A DNA stretch of 63,986 nt, filler included, from Octopus bimaculoides (Eukaryota): the NCBI RefSeq assembly GCF_001194135.2. It is 6 parts of 5 records of this genome, joined end to end, with 100 filler letters (N's around TTAATTAATTAA, not from the genome) between each part and the next. Parts side by side here need not be neighbours in the genome. Positions count along the whole stretch, not along the records: positions 49,662 to 61,515 come from NC_068996.1; positions 61,616 to 63,986 come from NC_069002.1; 4 more parts are not named here. One strand, written 5' to 3'. The position numbers and the translations under genes are program-made. Below are positions 50,990 to 62,352 of the stretch, piece after piece (position 1 is the first letter of the stretch; every line of letters starts with the position of its first letter). The notes below the pieces were generated by a model, which was not told where the DNA came from, did not search any database, and was given only the letters and a program-made list of their open reading frames with translations.

Positions 50990-51930
50990 ACAGCTTCCAT
51001 TATCTAGGTGACCGAATCAGTAGCGGGGGGTGGATGCTCAGAGAGCATAGCTGCTAGAATAAGAATAGCCTGGGCAAAGTTCAGAGAGCTCCTACATCTG
51101 CTAGTAACAAAGGGCCTCTCACTCAGAGTGAAAGGTAGATTGTATGATGCATCTGTGCAAACAGCCATGCTGCACGGCAGTGGAACATGGACTGTGATTG
51201 CTGAGAACATGCAAAGACTTCAAAGAAATGAAGCCAGTATGATCCGCTGGATGTGTAATGCCAGTGTGCATACATGACAGAGTGTAAGCATCCTGAGAGA
51301 AAAGTTGAACATAAGAAGCATCAGATGTGGTGTGCAAGAGAGACAACTGCACTGGTATGGTCATATATTGTGTATGAATGAGGACAGTTGTGTGAAGTGT
51401 CACACCCTAACAGCGGAGGGAACCTGTGGAAGAAGTAGACCCAGGAAGACATTGGATGAGGTGGTAAGGCACGACCTTTGAACATTGGGCCTCACAGAGG
51501 CAATGACTAGTGACCAAGATCTTTGGAGATATGCTGTGCTTGAGAAGACCTGTTGAGTCAAGTGAAATCGTTGGTGTGACCAATACCAGTGCCACCTGAC
51601 TGGCACCCGTGCCGGTGGCACATAAAAAGCACCATTCGAGTGTGGTTGATGCTAGTGCTGCCTGACTGGTTCCTTTGCCAGTGGCATGTAAAAAGAACCA
51701 TTCGAGTGTAACCAGTGCCAGTGCCACCTGACAGGCTCCTGTGCCAGTGGCACATAAAAAGCACCCACTACACTCTCAGAGTGGTTGACGTTAGGAAGGG
51801 CATCCAGCTGTAGAAATCTTGCCAGAACAGATTGAAGCCTGGTGCAGCCTCCTGCCTTGCCAGTCTTCAGTCAAACCATCCAACCCATGCTAGTATGGAA
51901 AGTGGACGTTAGGCGATGATGATGATTTCA
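50990..51930 (+). mobile_element. RTE LINE 3' fragment with repeat-containing 3' UTR and (GAT)n tail
   Basis: ESIAARIRIAWAKFRELL.LLVTKGLSLRVKGRLYDA...GRPRKT; about 55-bp tandem units (GGCACATAAAAAGCACC...) in the UTR. Confidence 0.92.
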
Positions 51931-52232
51931 TCCCCTGACAACCACCACTTCTCTATCACCTGAGAGCAGAATAGGCACATACTACATTTCCCTGCTTTCT
52001 CAGTTATTTTTCTCCCTCCACCCCAATCCATTTTCATTTCCCATTATCCTCCCTCACCTACTGTTTTCACCAATCACATCCTTTCACTTCTCACTTCTGT
52101 TCCTGTCGTTCCCCATCATTATCTCCTCAATTATCTGCTATCACCTCAATGCTCTCACATACCTACCACAACCCCTGGCCTTGAGTATCTCTTATATTTC
52201 TCTCCATCATTTGCTACAGTCACCTCTATTCT

Positions 52233-52467
52233 TATTTATTTATTTATTGCCCACGAGGGGCTAAACATAGAGGAGACAAACAATGACATACAGAGGAATT
52301 AAGTCGATTACATCGACCCCAGTGTGTAACTAGTACTTAATTTATTGACCTTGAAAGGATGAAAGGCAAAGTCGACCTCGGCGGAATTTGAACTCAGAAC
52401 GTAGCAGCAGACGAAATACCACTAAGCATTTCGCCCGGCGTGCTAACGTTTCTGCCAGCTCACCGCC
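52233..52467 (-). mobile_element. SINE family A variant with perfect 15-bp TSD
   Basis: AGTCACCTCTATTCT at 52218-52232 and 52468-52482; (TTTA)n tail. Confidence 0.92.
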
Positions 52468-52799
52468 AGTCACCTCTATTCTGCCCACTCACTCAGTCCA
52501 AACCTCTGTATCACCCCACTTATTCTCACCACCCCAAATGTCCCTTGAGGGCATGACCTGACACATCTTCACCATCATCTCTTTCTCTCTCCCCCCTCTC
52601 TCTCTCTTTCTTGCTCTCTTTATCTTACTCTCTCCCTCTCTCTCCATTTTTGTCCAACTGGGGTATCCATGTATCTAATCTACAGCAAGACACCTGTCTC
52701 TGTCCCTCTGTACCTTTAATCTCTCAACTGACACAAAGCCTTCACCCCTCAATATTATTCTCCACTCCTAGTTGAGGATTTTTGTCTCACAAGGTACTT

Positions 52800-53035
52800 G
52801 GTTACCCAAACAGTGATGGTGCTACATAAAAAGCACCTCTGTTGGTGCTGGTACCTTGTAAAAAGTACCCAGTACACTCTGTAAAGTGGTTGGCATTAGG
52901 ATGGGCATCCAGTTGTTGTAGAAACCAAGTCAAAACACAATGGAAATTGGCGTGGCTCTTGGCCTTGCCAGCTCCTGCCAAACCATCCAACCCATGCTAG
53001 CGTGGAAAAAACGAACATTAAATGATAATGATGAT
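52800..53035 (+). mobile_element. RTE LINE 3' UTR fragment
   Basis: Matches 51760-51930 (GGGCATCCAG...CCATCCAACCCATGCTAG...GATGATG). Confidence 0.8.
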
Positions 53036-53059
53036 GGTGGTGGTGGTGGTGGTGGTGAT

Positions 53060-53660
53060 TGTGTGTGTGTGTATGTTTGCAATTCTGTTTTCCCCCAACC
53101 ACCACTTAACAACCAGTGTTGGTATGTTTACATCCCCATAACTTAGCAGTTTAGTACTTCAGCACAAGAGACCAATAGAATGAGTACCAAACTTCAAGAT
53201 TATACTGAGGTCAATTTGTTTGACACAACCCTCCAAAGTGGTGCCCCAGCATGACCACATTCCAAAGTAAAAGATAAAGATATAGGTGCAGGTGTTGTTG
53301 TGTGATAAGAAGCTTCCAAGTTCAGTCCCACTGCATAGTACCTTGGGCAAGTATCTCCTATTATAGACTCGAGCCAACCAAAGCCTCGTGAGTGGATTTG
53401 GTTGACAGAAACTGAAAAGAAGCCTGTCGTATNNNNNNNNNNTATATGTATGTATATGTTTATGTGTCTGTGTTTGTCCCCCCAACCTTCACCTGACAAC
53501 TAATGTTGGTGTGTTTACATCCTCGTAACATAGCAGTTTAACAAAAGAAACCTATAGAATAAGTACTTGGCTTATGAAGAATAAGTCCTGGGGTCAGATT
53601 GTTCAACTAAAGGCAGTGCTCTAGCATGGCCACAGTCAAATGACTGAGACAAATAAAAGA
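53060..53660 (+). mobile_element. SINE family B: a 3' half (53060-53280) followed by a full copy (53285-53660)
   Basis: Both match 6559-7047. Confidence 0.8.
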
Positions 53661-55104
53661 ATATATCTGTTGAAATTAGTTACTAGCGATATTTTATAAA
53701 CCTCAGGAAAGTTGGGGCTTCTTCATTTCTTTTCTTTTTCTTTCTTTTATTTGTTTTCACCATAATTTCAACTTTGTCAATTAAATATTTATCCTTTTAT
53801 CTTTTTTAAACACTTCAAGATCAATGCTTTTATTTCCTGAACTAAATTAAAATTTAAAGCACTAATTATTCTGTTCTTTTGTTGAAACTATTACTGCTTT
53901 AGAACAATATTCTTAATTTTCCACTCAAAAGTCACACTACATTTTTGATTTGAAGTCATCATTTCTATATATTTGTGCATTATCTACAATCGATCAGGTA
54001 ATTTTGAATTTGTGAGAACTTGTCTCATGCACAAACCATATAAATTTTGACAAAGCCGCAGTGCATTTTCCTTCAGGACTGATAAAAAATTGTTTGTATT
54101 TATATAATCAATTTTTGAATGTCAGCTTAGTTGTCCCAATATATATTTTAGATTTATCTGTTGTTTGTTTCTTCTTTAGTGCTGTATATTGTTGACTTAG
54201 TTACCATCTAGTGCATGTGTGTGTGTTTGTGTGCATTTGATATTATGATTTATATGAAATCAATACATCACAATTTATCTTAAAATATAACTCGTAAAAG
54301 CATTCAATAAATAATTTTATGTGATTATAAATGATTTGCATTTGTCCTTTATAACTTTTTGACCCTCTTCTAATTTTTATGAAAAAAAACAGTGTTCCCT
54401 TACAATTACTTATCATAATACAAAAATATTTAAGAGCCATAAACTCCAAGGCATTCAATAAAATATAAAGAAAATCTATAGTTGCCTGAAAAATATATTT
54501 AGTGCCACTAAGAACCACAATGCAAAAATTTTGGCTGTGGAAAGGAGCAGGCTTGCAATTGCTAATATTTAGAACTTTGTTCTTCTAAATGGCAAATATC
54601 TAGAAAAAGATATTATATATCATGATAATGCTTCTACGAGAATCACATTAACAAAGCACGTAGAGATCACAAAGTACTCTTTCAGAAGCCATTTACAAAA
54701 GTAGAATAGTTTCTTTCTGCGATCAGCACTCATAAGACATTCGATTAATGTTGAAGCATATTTGATAATCAAAAGACAAAGGACAGTCCACCTGCATCAT
54801 ATGGGCAAATGCATTTACGAATTGATCAAAATGTTAAAACGCCTGTCTTAAAAAGAAAAATCACTAACAAGGAAGAAGAGGAGATGGTGGTGCCAGTGAT
54901 AGTAGCAAGGAGGAAGAAGTAGATTTACCTTGTATTATCTGCATTCCACTTTTAAATATATATCAATAGTTCATGTTAATTTATGGTGAGTAAATAGCTC
55001 ATCATTAGTATTGCCTTCATTAATCAAATCTATTTAAAATCAATTTCATTATTTTAATTAATTGCTTCCTTTTCTCTTATTTTATATAATTGTTATCATT
55101 TCAG

Positions 55105-55150
55105 AATCTTCAGCCAGAAAAGATCAGCTATAGAAAAAGAATATGCACAG
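55105..55150 (+). CDS. FCHSD2: Internal 46-nt coding exon of F-BAR and double SH3 domains protein (FCHSD2 / nervous wreck), F-BAR N-terminal helix
   Basis: Polypyrimidine tract + TTTCAG|A ATC TTC AGC CAG AAA AGA TCA GCT ATA GAA AAA GAA TAT GCA CAG|GTATGA. Peptide IFSQKRSAIEKEYAQ versus human FCHSD2 TFSQKKAAIEREYAQ as recalled (11/15 identical). Phase 2 start, phase 0 end. Neighbouring exons not found in the window. Confidence 0.85.
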
Positions 55151-55229
55151 GTATGATAATTGCATATTGTATGGTTGACCTATTTTTTGTATTACTTTTA
55201 AAATTTCAGTTTTGTTTTTATAATTTGTT

Positions 55230-55295
55230 GATTATATAAATATATATATATAAATATATATATATATAAATATATATATATAAATAAATAAATAA

Positions 55296-55340
<45 letters not shown>
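55230..55340. repeat. (TA)n / (TAAA)n tract about 80 bp downstream of the exon donor
   Basis: Read directly. Confidence 0.95.
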
Positions 55341-55363
<23 letters not shown>

Positions 55364-55594
55364 GTAAGCAGAGTTAGTGACTGTAGTAAACGACTAAGGG
55401 ATAAAAGTATCTGTATTTAGTATCGGTGTCAATTACCTGTGCTATCCCTGGGTATGAGTACGCAGGCAAACTATGCTCATAGAATACAGTTAACAGAATA
55501 AACAAAAGTTTATTGGTAATCATACTTAAACAATCAGAAAATGGAGAAAACTTTTGATCAACAAACAAACACACATACACACATTTATATATCA

Positions 55595-56650
55595 TCATCA
55601 TCGTTTAAGGTCCATTTTGCATGCTGGCATGGATTGGATCGTTTGACTGAGAACTGGTGAGCCAGATGGCTGCACCAGGCTCCAATCTGAGCTGGCAATG
55701 TTTCTACAGCTGGATGCCCTTCCTAACGCCGAACACTCCGAGAGTGTAGTGGCTGCTTTTTAGGTGCCTCCAGCACAGAAGTCAGTTAGGCAGCCGGATA
55801 TCGATCATATTCGAATGTTGCTTTTTACATTCCACCAGCACAAGAGCCAGTCAGGAGGTAATGGCATCGGCCATGATCAGTTAGTGCTTTTTACGTGCCA
55901 CTGCCATGGGAGCCAGTCAGGTGAACCTGGCATCGACCATATTTGGATGGTGCTTTCTATGTACCACCAGCACGGGAGCCAGTTAGGGAGCACTGGCCCT
56001 AGCTACGATATTGGTTTTACTTGACTCAGCAGGTCTTCTTAAGCATATCATATTACCCAGTGCATCAGGGCTATTCTTAACAGGGCCAAACATGCATGCC
56101 TGCGATCTCACTTTAGTTGCCAGGTCTTCTCAATCACAGCATATCTTCAAAGGGCCCAGTCTCCTGTCATTACCTCAGTGAGGCCCATGTTTGAAGGTCA
56201 TGCTTCACCACCTCATCCCATGTCTTCCTGGGTCCACCTATTCTACAGGTTCCTTCTACAGTTCGAGAGTGGCACTTCCTCACACAGCTGTCTTCATTCA
56301 TTCGCAACACATGACCATATCAGTTCAGTCGCCTCTTTTGCACACCATATTTGATGCTTCTTATGCCCAACTTTTCTCTTAAGGCACTTACACTCTGTCC
56401 TGTATGCACACTGACATTACACATCCAGTGGATCATACTAGCTTCATTTATTTCAAGCCTACACATGTCCTCAGTATTCATGGCCCATGTTTCACTGCTG
56501 TGTAGCATGGCAGTTCGTACAGATGCATCATACAGTCTACATTTCACCCTGAGCAAGAAGCCCTTAGTTGCCTGCAGAGGTAGGAGCTCCCTGATCTATG
56601 CCCATGCTATTCTTAGTCTAGTTGCTATACTCTCAGAGCAACCACCCCCA
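55595..56650 (-). mobile_element. RTE LINE 3' fragment with 3' UTR and (GAT)n tail
   Basis: Minus frame LRVKCRLYDASVRTAMLHSSETWAM...; reverse complement of 51010-51930. Confidence 0.92.
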
Positions 56651-56666
56651 CTACAAACTTATATAC

Positions 56667-56699
<33 letters not shown>

Positions 56700-57442
56700 T
56701 ATATNNNNNNNNNNNNNNNNNNNNNNNNNNNNNNNNNNNNNNNNNNNNNNNNNNNNNNNNNNNNNNNNNNNNNNNNNNNNNNNNNNNNNNNNNNNNNNNN
56801 NNNNNNNNNNNNNNNNNNNNNNNNNNNNNNNNNNNNNNNNNNNNNNNNNNNNNNNNNNNNNNNNNNNNNNNNNNNNNNNNNNNNNNNNNNNNNNNNNNNN
56901 NNNNNNNNNNNNNNNNNNNNNNNNNNNNNNNNNNNNNNNNNNNNNNNNNNNNNNNNNNNNNNNNNNNNNNNNNNNNNNNNNNNNNNNNNNNNNNNNNNNN
57001 NNNNNNNNNNNNNNNNNNNNNNNNNNNNNNNNNNNNNNNNNNNNNNNNNNNNNNNNNNNNNNNNNNNNNNNNNNNNNNNNNNNNNNNNNNNNNNNNNNNN
57101 NNNNNNNNNNNNNNNNNNNNNNNNNNNNNNNNNNNNNNNNNNNNNNNNNNNNNNNNNNNNNNNNNNNNNNNNNNNNNNNNNNNNNNNNNNNNNNNNNNNN
57201 NNNNNNNNNNNNNNNNNNNNNNNNNNNNNNNNNNNNNNNNNNNNNNNNNNNNNNNNNNNNNNNNNNNNNNNNNNNNNNNNNNNNNNNNNNNNNNNNNNNN
57301 NNNNNNNNNNNNNNNNNNNNNNNNNNNNNNNNNNNNNNNNNNNNNNNNNNNNNNNNNNNNNNNNNNNNNNNNNNNNNNNNNNNNNNNNNNNNNNNNNNNN
57401 NNNNNNNNNNNNNNNNNNNNNNNNNNNNNNNNNNNNNNNNNN

Positions 57443-57473
<31 letters not shown>

Positions 57474-57483
57474 TTATATGTAT

Positions 57484-58115
57484 TTACTCCAGGGAGTAGA
57501 GTCTTAGCTGTTTCAGCCTTTCCCAGTAGCTGAGCTGTTGCAATGTGTTGATCTTCTTTGTGAAGCTTTGCTGGATTGCTTCAAGGTTCGCTGTTAATTT
57601 TACTCTATTAAGTGACCATAGCTTGGAGCAATAGTCCAGGCAGCTGAGGATGAATGTTCTCCAGGGAACCATCAAGGTTTCCTTCTCTCTGGTTCTGAAC
57701 GTTTTTAGGATCCATCCAGCTAGTTGTCTGCACTTTGTCGCCATCCTGGTGATAAGCACTTGGAAAGAAGTATCGTCACTCATGTCAATACCCAGGTCCC
57801 ACACTGATTTAGGCTCTGGGATTGTAATCCCCAGTGGACCAGTGTACTCTCTAAGTTTTATATTCAGTTTTGGATGCTGGTAGCACTGGGCCTGGAAATT
57901 TTGAGCATTAAACTGCATATCATTGTCCTCAGCCCATCTGTAAATTGAGTCCAACTCCTGCTGCAGATGTGAATCTTCACTGGTGTTCTGTATTTTCTGT
58001 GAAACTTTCGTATCATCTGCATAGCACCTGTAGCTATCTGGGTAGCTGAGGGCATATCTGAGAAGGCCACTATGAAAAGCAGTGGTCCCAAGACGTTTCC
58101 TTGTGAAACATTGCT
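57484..58115 (-). mobile_element. CR1-clade LINE RT C-terminal fragment
   Basis: VSQGNVLGPLLF, CYADDTKV, LQQELDSIYRWA..N.MQFN, DLGI, ILKTFRTRE, LDYCS.LW, LSYWERLKQLRLYSLE; same family as 11365-12237. Confidence 0.92.
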
Positions 58116-58150
58116 CATTTTTGTTTTTATCTCTTACTGTATATTTGTAT

Positions 58151-58311
58151 GGAATTTTTTGTGAATCTCTGAAGAGGCCTAGCGAATAGTGCATGTACCC
58201 CCATTTCAGCATTTCATCCGCTAATTACTCCGGCAGGAGCTATTCAGATAGAATGGGGCATGCCAACGCTAGGCCGAAACAGCTGTAGGTTTATGTTTAT
58301 TCTCAAATTCC
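58151..58311 (+). ncRNA. Type I hammerhead ribozyme with intact core, long helix II and palindromic helix III
   Basis: CTGAAGA (58169-58175); GGCCTAGCG/CGCTAGGCC 9-bp helix II; GAAA (58276-58279); AC-AGCT-GT helix III; GUA cleavage triplet (predicted cut after 58287); helix I from 58151-58168 pairing with 58288-58311. Confidence 0.75.
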
Positions 58312-58767
58312 TTATGTACTTTTATTTGTAAACCCGGTTGTCAATATAACATGGTTTGTCATAAACACTTGTATTTTGTGGTTTTTTGTCACTTTAGTTA
58401 CAAATTAAGTTAATTAATTCAACAGGTTACACTGTCTGCAAGTCGTTGGGTACAGCATATTATCCTCCATTTTCTAATTGCTATATAAATTTAGGGTAAA
58501 ATACACACACACACCCCTTTACCCGCACCCACTTATTACACTTGGTATAACACTAGTGTAACAATAATTGGGTACCCTCCCAGCAGTATATTGGATAGAT
58601 ACTATCCCTTAGTGGGTTGAATCCTCAACCCCTAACTCTCTTGCAATATATATATATATATATATATATATANNNNNNNNNNNNNNNNNNNNNNNNNNNN
58701 NNNNNNNNNNNNNNNNNNNNNNNNNNNNNNNNNNNNNNNNNNNNNNNNNNNNNNNNNNNNNNNNNNN

Positions 58768-59120
58768 AGGCACAGTGGTTAGGGCAGTGAACTTGCAGTC
58801 GTGGGATTGCAGTTTCGATTCCTAGAACAGGCATTGTGAGTGTTTATTGAGTGAAAACACCTAAAGCTCCATGAAGCTCTGGCAGGGGGTGGTGGCGAAC
58901 CTTGCTGTACTCACCACAACTTTCTCTCACTCTTTCTTCCCTGCATTTTGAAGGGCCAGCCTTGTCACACTCTGTGTCACGCTGAATTTCCCTGAGAACT
59001 ACTTTAAGGGTACACATGTCTGTGGAGTGCTCAGCCACTTACATGTTAATTTCATGTGCAGGCTGTTCCGTTGATCAGATCAACTGGAACCCTCGTCGGC
59101 GTAATCGATGGAGTGCCACA
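58768..59120 (+). mobile_element. tRNA-derived SINE (family C)
   Basis: Head CAGTGGTTAGGGCAG...GTTTCGATTCC; near-identical inverted copy at 60281-60662. Confidence 0.9.
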
Positions 59121-59261
59121 AATATTAGAGAGTAAAATAGTAGAATAGATATATCTTAAAAATCATAATAAGAATAAGTAAGTATATAATATTAGCAATA
59201 TTGCATTAATAGATAAATAAAGTACAGCTATGATTGTTAAAAGGTTTTTAAATGTTTAAAA

Positions 59262-59352
59262 GTTGTTACAGTCGTTTCATGAATATACTTCCTCTTAAAA
59301 TGAAATCTAAAGTTGATAAGCATCATTGAGAAGTATATCCACTCATCAGAGA
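59262..59352 (-). ncRNA. Degenerate hammerhead ribozyme in the 3' region of the Penelope-like remnant
   Basis: Minus strand CTGATGA-GTGGATATACTTC...GAAGTATATTCAT-GAAA-C-GACT-GT-A; about 13-bp helix II; helix I has mismatches. Confidence 0.6.
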
Positions 59353-59899
59353 ATTGAGTCGAAAGGATGAACTTTGGTGGAGAAAATTGAATGGAAAAAA
59401 TGCAGTTTAAATCGAATGAGGAAAATGTTGTTTAAAAAACTTATTGGTTTTCATATATTTATGTTCGTATAAATTTGAGCAAAATCTCTAAAAAGGTAGA
59501 ATAAAAATTCATGATGGCTGTATAGAGATAGAAATCCTATGATCCATTTCTTTTTTCGTGTGTAATCCATAAATGCCTGAGAATAAAAGTGATTATTTGT
59601 TATTTTTATTATTATTGAGATAAAACCAGTATATACCATCGTTAGTTAATATTTTATGCAAATGTAGATATGGTTGTGTATTGACTTGGTATAGAGTAAA
59701 TTGATGTAATATATTTAAAGTTAATTAATTATATATTAAAAGAGTGTAGATTCAAGTATCAAGAGGATAAGCTCTAAGTATCTATTTAATAGATAATCTA
59801 TATCTTGTGAATATATGTGTTTGATTTAAAATAATTTAATTTAAAGTTTTTTTAATTTTTTTTACTTACAGTAATCTTGATGGTAATAAAATATAAAAT

Positions 59900-60830
59900 A
59901 CAAAATACTAATGTGACTTTTCTAAATGATTTCTTGTCGTGTTTAGAAGTTTTATAAAACTAATGTCTACATGTGGATAATGCTTCCGATTGGTAGTTTA
60001 TCAAATTATTTTGCTTATATGATAATATGTATAGCAGTTCTTTTGTACATAGACAACAAATAGATTTATGGGTATATGGTGTAGCTGAGTCAATAATTGA
60101 CCAGGATAATTTATAGTTAATATTTCTTTGTTTGAGTTTATGTACATATGCTGCCAATGAGGTAGTGTTGTTCATGATATCCAGTTTAAATTAATGTATA
60201 TGCGCTAAAAATCTTTGTTTAAAGTTAATGGAGTTCCCTAAATATACCTTACTATGTGAGCTAGCAGTTTTACTAGCAGTTGTTGGCACTCCATCGCTTA
60301 CGACGTCGAGGGTTCCAGTTGATCCGATCAACAGAACAGCCTGCTCATGAAATTAACATGCAAGTGGCTGAGCACTCCACAGACACGTGTACCCTTAACA
60401 TAGTTCTCGAGGATATTCAGCGTGACACAGTGTGACAAGGCTGACCCTTTGAATTACAGGCACAACAGAAACAGGAAGTAAGAGTGAGAGAAAGTTGTGG
60501 TGAAAGAGTACAGCAGGGTTCACCACCATCCCCTTCTGGAGCCTCGTGGAGCTTTAGATGTTTTCGCTCAATAAACACTCACAACGCCCAGTCTGGGAAT
60601 CGAAACCGCGATCCTATGACCGCAAGTCCGCTGCCCTAACCACTGGGCCATTGCGCCTCCACTTTAGTAGCAGTACATCTATATAAAATGTTGAACCTTC
60701 TACATTTGCCTTCTAAAGGACATAACTTATTATTTTTACATGTGCCATATTTAGTTATATGTTTCTGTTCAGTGGGATTAGATTTTATAGTATTAGGATT
60801 ATTTATTATGGTTGCGTGCATATATGTACA
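59900..60830 (-). mobile_element. Penelope-like element GIY-YIG endonuclease remnant, interrupted by a SINE
   Basis: With the SINE removed, one frame reads CKNNKLCPLEGKCRRFNILYRCTATKTASSHSKVYLGNSINFKQRFLAHIH*F...TSLAAYVHKLKQRNINYKLSWSII...CCLCTKELLYIL...EALSTCRH. Confidence 0.85.
60281..60662 (-). mobile_element. SINE family C with 12-bp TSD
   Basis: TTTACTAGCAGT (60269-60280) / TTTAGTAGCAGT (60663-60674). Confidence 0.92.
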
Positions 60831-61376
60831 TGTGTATTTGTGCTTATATTTATGTCTTGTATATGTATGTAACTATGTGCATGCATCTGTGTATTTTGAT
60901 GTATATATGTATATTATAAATGGTCTAGTATGGGTTTTTACTGTTGTAAAATATTTATGTAGTGCAACGTGAAAATTTCAATTTTGATTTTAATGTATTA
61001 ATTGAATTATATTTCATATACAATTACTTACAACATGTATTTTGAATCTACTCTTCGATTTAAGGTTTCCTTCGATTTTATAATAGGATGAATTTATATT
61101 GAATTCATTTATTTTGTTCATTGCATGCTTAAGACCATTAATTGAAAGGACCAATGAAACAAATCCATTTTTAAAGGTGTATCCTTTAACCAGTTTTGAT
61201 CATATCGTTATTCGTGTTCTATTTTAACAAAGCCTGTCCAACAAACAGGAACATGAAACTCTGAGTAACAGCTTTTGTTATAATTCTGCTGCTTTTAAAC
61301 AAAGCATATTACTCTAGTTCTAGTATTTGAGTACTCTTTTTTTTCCACCTTGTTTCACATTTATGTGCTTACTCCA

Positions 61377-61411
<35 letters not shown>

Positions 61412-61515
61412 AGAGAAAAGAACCAAAGTTCATGAACTCATCCATGAAAATTCACAGTCACATATAGAAAAATTTAATAAGTAAATACACTAAAAAGAAC
61501 TATAATTTTAATTTT

Positions 61516-61615
61516 NNNNNNNNNNNNNNNNNNNNNNNNNNNNNNNNNNNNNNNNNNNNTTAATTAATTAANNNNNNNNNNNNNNNNNNNNNNNNNNNNN
61601 NNNNNNNNNNNNNNN
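61516..61615. other. Artificial contig-join spacer N44-TTAATTAATTAA-N44
   Basis: Same 100-bp motif. Confidence 0.97.
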
Positions 61616-62352
61616 CCACTGGGTATATTCTTGTGACGGGGGTGGCAATGATGGTGGCGTTGTCGGATGTATTACATGCTTATTAGACAGGAGGGAATGT
61701 ATGTATGTATAAATATATGTATGTATGAATGTATGTGCGTGTATGCATATATATATATATATGTATGCGTGTGTGTACGTTTGTATGTATGTATTCTTGC
61801 ATATTCATGTGTTTGTGAGTTCATGTTTGTCTGTTTGTATGTAGGTGTATTTGTGTGTGTACCTCTGTCTCCTTGTGTGTGCATGCTTGAGTGTGTCTAT
61901 GTGTATTGGTTTGTGTGACTATATGCATGCGTCTGTTTTGTATGAATGTGCGTCTTCATATGTGTCCACGCGTGTGTTTGTGAAGTGTGCCTGTATGTAT
62001 ATCGACATGTGTTTCAGTCTTCATTTGTGTATGTATGTGTGTATGTGTGCGTGTGCTTGTCTGTCCATATTACCTACGTGCCTATCTATCTATTTATCTA
62101 TCTGTTTACTTACATATCTATCTACCTCTCTCTCTCTCTCTCTCCCCTCCTCCCTCTCTCTTTCTATATATATGAGTCTACATAACAACCTACTAACAAC
62201 TCAGTATATATATATATATATATATATGTATANNNNNNNNNNNNNNNNNNNNNNNNNNNNNNNNNNNNNNNNNNNNNNNNNNNNNNNNNNNNNNNNNNNN
62301 NNNNNNNNNNNNNNNNNNNNNNNNNNNNNNNNNNNNNNNNNNNNNNNNNNNN

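Noticed and set aside
51580-51770. CRISPR-like repeat/spacer pattern
   Set aside because: These are degenerate tandem units of the RTE 3' UTR, also present at 55760-55990; no cas genes and an animal genome.
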